Positions 60,212 to 63,828 of a stretch of 63,828 nt of DNA are shown here, piece after piece. Under the pieces are notes generated by a model that saw only the letters and a list, made by a program, of their open reading frames with translations, had not been told where the DNA came from and did no database searches. The number at the start of each line of letters is the position of its first letter. Positions within the stretch are counted from its first letter, which is position 1. The DNA is taken from contig USHR01000001.1 of assembly GCA_900554495.1 (NCBI GenBank), positions 1 through 63,828 on the forward strand, given 5' to 3'. A program made the translations under genes and the position numbers. The DNA comes from an uncultured Collinsella sp. Lineage in GTDB: Bacteria; Actinomycetota; Coriobacteriia; Coriobacteriales; Coriobacteriaceae.

Positions 60212-60315
60212 CCGATGGCGGCGTTCGGGCCAGACTTACGCCCGCGCATCTGGTGGCTCGGCGGCTGGACGCTCGACCTGCGAGTTCTCTGGACACACTA
60301 CCTCTTCATTTGCAA

Positions 60316-60350
60316 AAAGCGAGGGGCGCAGAACGGTATTCTGCGCCCCC
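60316..60350 (-). terminator. Terminator for the PI-PLC gene
   Basis: GGGGCGCAGAA-N5-TTCTGCGCCCC with minus-strand T-run. Confidence 0.65.
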
Positions 60351-60385
60351 CCAATCAAATCGATGTGTCCGAAAGTGCCGGTTGC

Positions 60386-62872
60386 CTATTCGCTAGTGCC
60401 TTCGCTGCCTTCACCGTCACTGGCAAGCATTGCCGCGCCGGCGACCGTTGTCGCCACGGCGGCAGCGGCGAGCCCGGCGGCGATGCCAGAGCCGTCGCCC
60501 GTGTCGGCGAGTTTTCCGGTCGAGCCCTTGCTCTTGTTACCGCCGCCGTTCTTGTCGGCGCCGTCTGCGTTGGCGCCGGTACCGGTGCCGGTGCCGGTGC
60601 CGGTACCGCCCGCGTTGCCCGAGGCTGCAACGGTAAAGCTTGCGGCTCCGTCGCTGGCGAGCGTGTAGTTCTGCGCCGCGTCGCCCAAGAGACCGTTCAC
60701 GCGCACCCAGTACGTTCCTGCGGCAAATGTTTCGCCCTCGGCCATTGCCGTGCCCGGAGCGCCGTCCGCGTCGTGCACAAACTCGAGCTGGGCCGTGCAG
60801 GCATCGGTTTCGAGCTTGCCCTCGAGTGATGCCGCAATCTTGGCGCGTACGTCTTCGCCGGCCTTAAGGCCTTCGAGTCCCTCAAAATGAGGCGTCAGCG
60901 CACGTGGATCGATATCGATGGGCACAGGGCCCTGCAGCCCCGTAACAGTCTCGTTGCCCAGGGCGTCGACATCCACATATTCGATGGCAAACGCATGTCC
61001 CGAGGCTGCTACGTTGAGTACGTTGCTGCTGTCGACAAGGCGGAAATGGCCCTCGCCAACGGTCTTGCCATCTTGGAGCGAGGCATCGCTCAGCGAGTCG
61101 CCGTACGTCATACGCATGCGGGTCGGGAGATAGCACGAAACGGTTTGCTTGTGCTGCGCATCGTTGTAATTGCGCTGGTAGATGCTCCGGGCCAGTGCCG
61201 CATCAACAAAGTCGGATGCGATGATGCCAATGTGCTTGCGGCAGTCCGCCTTTGTGCTCTCAACTCCGGTATTGTTTATATACGAGCTCTTGTACAGGTG
61301 CTCGTTGACCACTCGCGCTGCGGTAAAAGGGTTGTTTTGCGTGCAGCTCGTGTAGTTGATAAACCAGCAGCGCTCCGTTGCCTGCACCGTTGTCCCGTCC
61401 GCGGCAGTGATATCTACGGTGCTGCGCTCGAACTCGGACGCTGCCTTCAGGGCCATATCGACCCAGTCGATCTTACTGGATCCCGTGCAGTCGTAATGGT
61501 CTTGGGCATATACCTTGGTGCAATAGGGCTCTTTGGCACCCGCATTGCCCGCAGCCTCAAAGCCTCGTGCGTCTTGGACGAGGCACATGGACTTTCCGGA
61601 ATGCGCCTTGATTTTGTCGTCCCATTCAGTGAGGTCGAGGCCCCACGTGTGGCCGTCTACGCTGTCGCCGGCGAGTTTAAATCGACGCAGCAGGACGATC
61701 TTTCCGCGCACCTCGTTCAGTGTGGGGACATGGCTCGACGTATAGAACAGATCGGAGTTATTGCCCATAACATTGGCGAAAGCCGTCGTAACGCTTTCGT
61801 CGGTAGCCTCGTCGTTGCCTCGTGACACCAGCATGATGAGCGCTTCTGACGGGTGTTCGTTCAAAAATGTTTTGAAGTAACCGATGACATCGGAGAGTTG
61901 CATAAAGCCCCCGTCTTTTTTGTGCAGGTAGCATATTCCATGGTCGATGCCGGGGTCGCCGTTCTTGTCGTTCTTTCCAAGTCGGATATCAAAATAGCGA
62001 ATGCCTTCGAGCAACTGCGTGGGGATGTAATCCTGCTGGCACTTTGCAAGCGAGGTTTGGGGCTCGGTGTCGTTGTCGACGCTGCAGGTGCCCGAATCGT
62101 GAGTTCCCGGGATGCTCAGTTCGTCGAGGTACTTGCTGCCATCGACGTGGCTCATCCAACATGGTCCGTCGACGTAGCTGCTATACGTGGTCCAGTCGAT
62201 GCTGCTAACTGTGGCATTGGTCTTGTCCATGCTGTAGCCGACAAGCTCGAGCTCCCACGGAATGCTCTTACTCTTATGGCAGATCTTATTGTTGTCCTGG
62301 TCTTTGCCGTCCTTTTCTATGGCCAGGTACTTAATGTCTTTTTTCTCGGTTTCTTTCTCGACCGTGCGGTCTCGGATGATATAGGTACCGTTTGATTGAC
62401 GCTCGAACGCAAAAGAGCGACTGGCCTTGCCGTCATGCTCGCCACTCCATACGTGGATGACCTTTCCATCTTTGTCCGAGTCGCCATCGACCGACCAAAT
62501 GCTGTAGCCCGTCTTCTTGTGCTCTTCGAAATTGAGCAAGGTGCGGATAGCATACCAGTTTGTATCGTCATTCTTGGTCGTTACGTTCTCAAGGATGAGC
62601 TTGCTGGACGTGCCGTCATTAAACAGGTGGCAGACGTTGCCGATGACGTTGCCGTCTTCGTTGACGCTCGCGGTGCGAAAATAGCCCGCGGGGCGAAGAC
62701 GAATGACGAACTTGTCGAGGTTGGCCGCCGATGTGGGCGTGTCTTCTGCAAATGCCGCGCGCATGGGAAGGCCCAATCCCGCGGTTTCGGGCAGGCTTGC
62801 AAGCGGCGACAACGCCGCGAGTCCAAGGCCCAGCGTAAACGCTCGGCGACTGATGGCATGATGTTCGGTCAT
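60386..62872 (-). CDS. Surface-anchored phosphatidylinositol-specific phospholipase C (PLC-X domain)
   Basis: SRRAF signal, LSIPGTHDSG, QLLEGIRYFDIRL, PTLNEVRGKIVLL, LADTG plus hydrophobic tail. Confidence 0.88.
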   Translation of the reverse strand: MTEHHAISRRAFTLGLGLAALSPLASLPETAGLGLPMRAAFAEDTPTSAANLDKFVIRLRPAGYFRTASVNEDGNVIGNVCHLFNDGTSSKLILENVTTKNDDTNWYAIRTLLNFEEHKKTGYSIWSVDGDSDKDGKVIHVWSGEHDGKASRSFAFERQSNGTYIIRDRTVEKETEKKDIKYLAIEKDGKDQDNNKICHKSKSIPWELELVGYSMDKTNATVSSIDWTTYSSYVDGPCWMSHVDGSKYLDELSIPGTHDSGTCSVDNDTEPQTSLAKCQQDYIPTQLLEGIRYFDIRLGKNDKNGDPGIDHGICYLHKKDGGFMQLSDVIGYFKTFLNEHPSEALIMLVSRGNDEATDESVTTAFANVMGNNSDLFYTSSHVPTLNEVRGKIVLLRRFKLAGDSVDGHTWGLDLTEWDDKIKAHSGKSMCLVQDARGFEAAGNAGAKEPYCTKVYAQDHYDCTGSSKIDWVDMALKAASEFERSTVDITAADGTTVQATERCWFINYTSCTQNNPFTAARVVNEHLYKSSYINNTGVESTKADCRKHIGIIASDFVDAALARSIYQRNYNDAQHKQTVSCYLPTRMRMTYGDSLSDASLQDGKTVGEGHFRLVDSSNVLNVAASGHAFAIEYVDVDALGNETVTGLQGPVPIDIDPRALTPHFEGLEGLKAGEDVRAKIAASLEGKLETDACTAQLEFVHDADGAPGTAMAEGETFAAGTYWVRVNGLLGDAAQNYTLASDGAASFTVAASGNAGGTGTGTGTGTGANADGADKNGGGNKSKGSTGKLADTGDGSGIAAGLAAAAVATTVAGAAMLASDGEGSEGTSE

Positions 62873-63073
62873 AACTCCTCCATTCGCAGGGTGCGGTAAT
62901 GCGCTCATTTTGGTCACTATACTGCCCGGATGTTTAAAGGTGTCGGCTTAAATTGTGTGCGCGGCGCTATAAATCGGCGGGCGGACGTGTTTGGGTGCTT
63001 GCCTATTTGTGCTGCTACCGCGCTGGGGGTGGTTTTGCCGCCCGGCACCCTCGCGTTCGCCGGCTATCGGCAT

Positions 63074-63107
63074 AAGAAAGGGAGGGTCGGTTTACCGGCC
63101 CTCCCTT
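63074..63107 (-). terminator. Terminator for the lipoprotein gene
   Basis: AAGGGAGGGTCGG-TTTA-CCGGCCCTCCCTT. Confidence 0.65.
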
Positions 63108-63177
63108 AGTACGAAACGCTGGGGCACCGCCGCTTGTTGGCACTGCGCTCGTGTTTTTCGTTACGCTCGCGAGTCGC

Positions 63178-63771
63178 TTAGCGCTTAATCTCGATATCGT
63201 CGAGCTTAACATCCATGGCCTCGGTCTTGGCCTTGGCGATGTCGTCGGCAAATTCCAGAGACTTCATCATGGTCTCGACGGCGTCCTTGTGCTCCTCGAC
63301 GTTGTCGATGCGCACGTAGACGCTGCCGCCGCCTGCTTCGGTGAAGTACTCAGTCGTCACGCCGCCCGAGTGCGTAAAGTAGGCGCTGCGCCAGGTCTTG
63401 CCGTTGTACTTAACGGGATCGCTCTCGGTCCATCCGGAGTTGGCCTTCCACTTTGCCTCGTAGTCAAACAGTTCATCGGCGTTCTTGTCAGGATCGAAGA
63501 CGGGGATGAAGCGGTCGCTGGCATGCTCGCTCTCGGTGAACTTAAACTGGGCCCTGTCGGCGGTATCGCCTGCGACGTCCGTGATTTCGACGTCCTCGGG
63601 GACTTCGACCTTAAACCAAATGAAGTCGGTCCTCATATCCACGGCTGGTTTTTCTGCTCCGCCGCCACCGCCACTTCCGGTAGCGCCGCCGCTGCCACCG
63701 CAGCCCACCAGGGCAACTGCGGCAAAGAGACTGATGCAGAGGGTGAGAATCGCAAAGGCCTTCTTTTTCAT
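63178..63771 (-). CDS. Hypothetical lipoprotein
   Basis: MKKK signal, ALVGC lipobox, Gly-rich linker; GAGGAGGA RBS. Confidence 0.85.
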   Translation of the reverse strand: MKKKAFAILTLCISLFAAVALVGCGGSGGATGSGGGGGAEKPAVDMRTDFIWFKVEVPEDVEITDVAGDTADRAQFKFTESEHASDRFIPVFDPDKNADELFDYEAKWKANSGWTESDPVKYNGKTWRSAYFTHSGGVTTEYFTEAGGGSVYVRIDNVEEHKDAVETMMKSLEFADDIAKAKTEAMDVKLDDIEIKR

Positions 63772-63828
63772 GGTCGTGTCCTCCTCGATCTGTAACCGCC
63801 CATGGATTACCTGCCTTTACTGTACGCG

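Overview
High-GC chromosomal segment from an anaerobic actinobacterium; gene content and repeat style suggest Coriobacteriia, probably Collinsella (inference, not verified). It is mostly housekeeping and metabolic genes: a copper locus (copA, copZ, csoR), a DEAD-box helicase, a GltD-linked [FeFe]-hydrogenase coupled to a NitT/TauT-type ABC transporter, ygiQ, fucO, an M42 peptidase, mnmA-cysK-Rrf2, AddAB-like helicase/nuclease, dnaE, a SWIM-SNF2 helicase, superoxide reductase, a degenerate NadE-like gene, ruvCAB with an SOS box, fhs, a CDF transporter, an ADP-ribosylglycohydrolase and a surface-anchored PI-PLC. No rRNA, tRNA, cas genes, transposase or prophage were found. The most unusual element is a non-coding array at 3345-3802: six 57-bp palindromic units (16-bp arm, 25-nt loop, 16-bp inverted arm) repeating every 80 bp. 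A seventh solo unit at 7244-7300 means these repeats bracket an FHA plus frameshifted Ser/Thr kinase cassette. Also notable are several long strand-biased hairpins (candidate ncRNAs), a dispersed GGGGAC-tagged REP-like family, three toxin-antitoxin components without neighbouring partners, and two disrupted genes.
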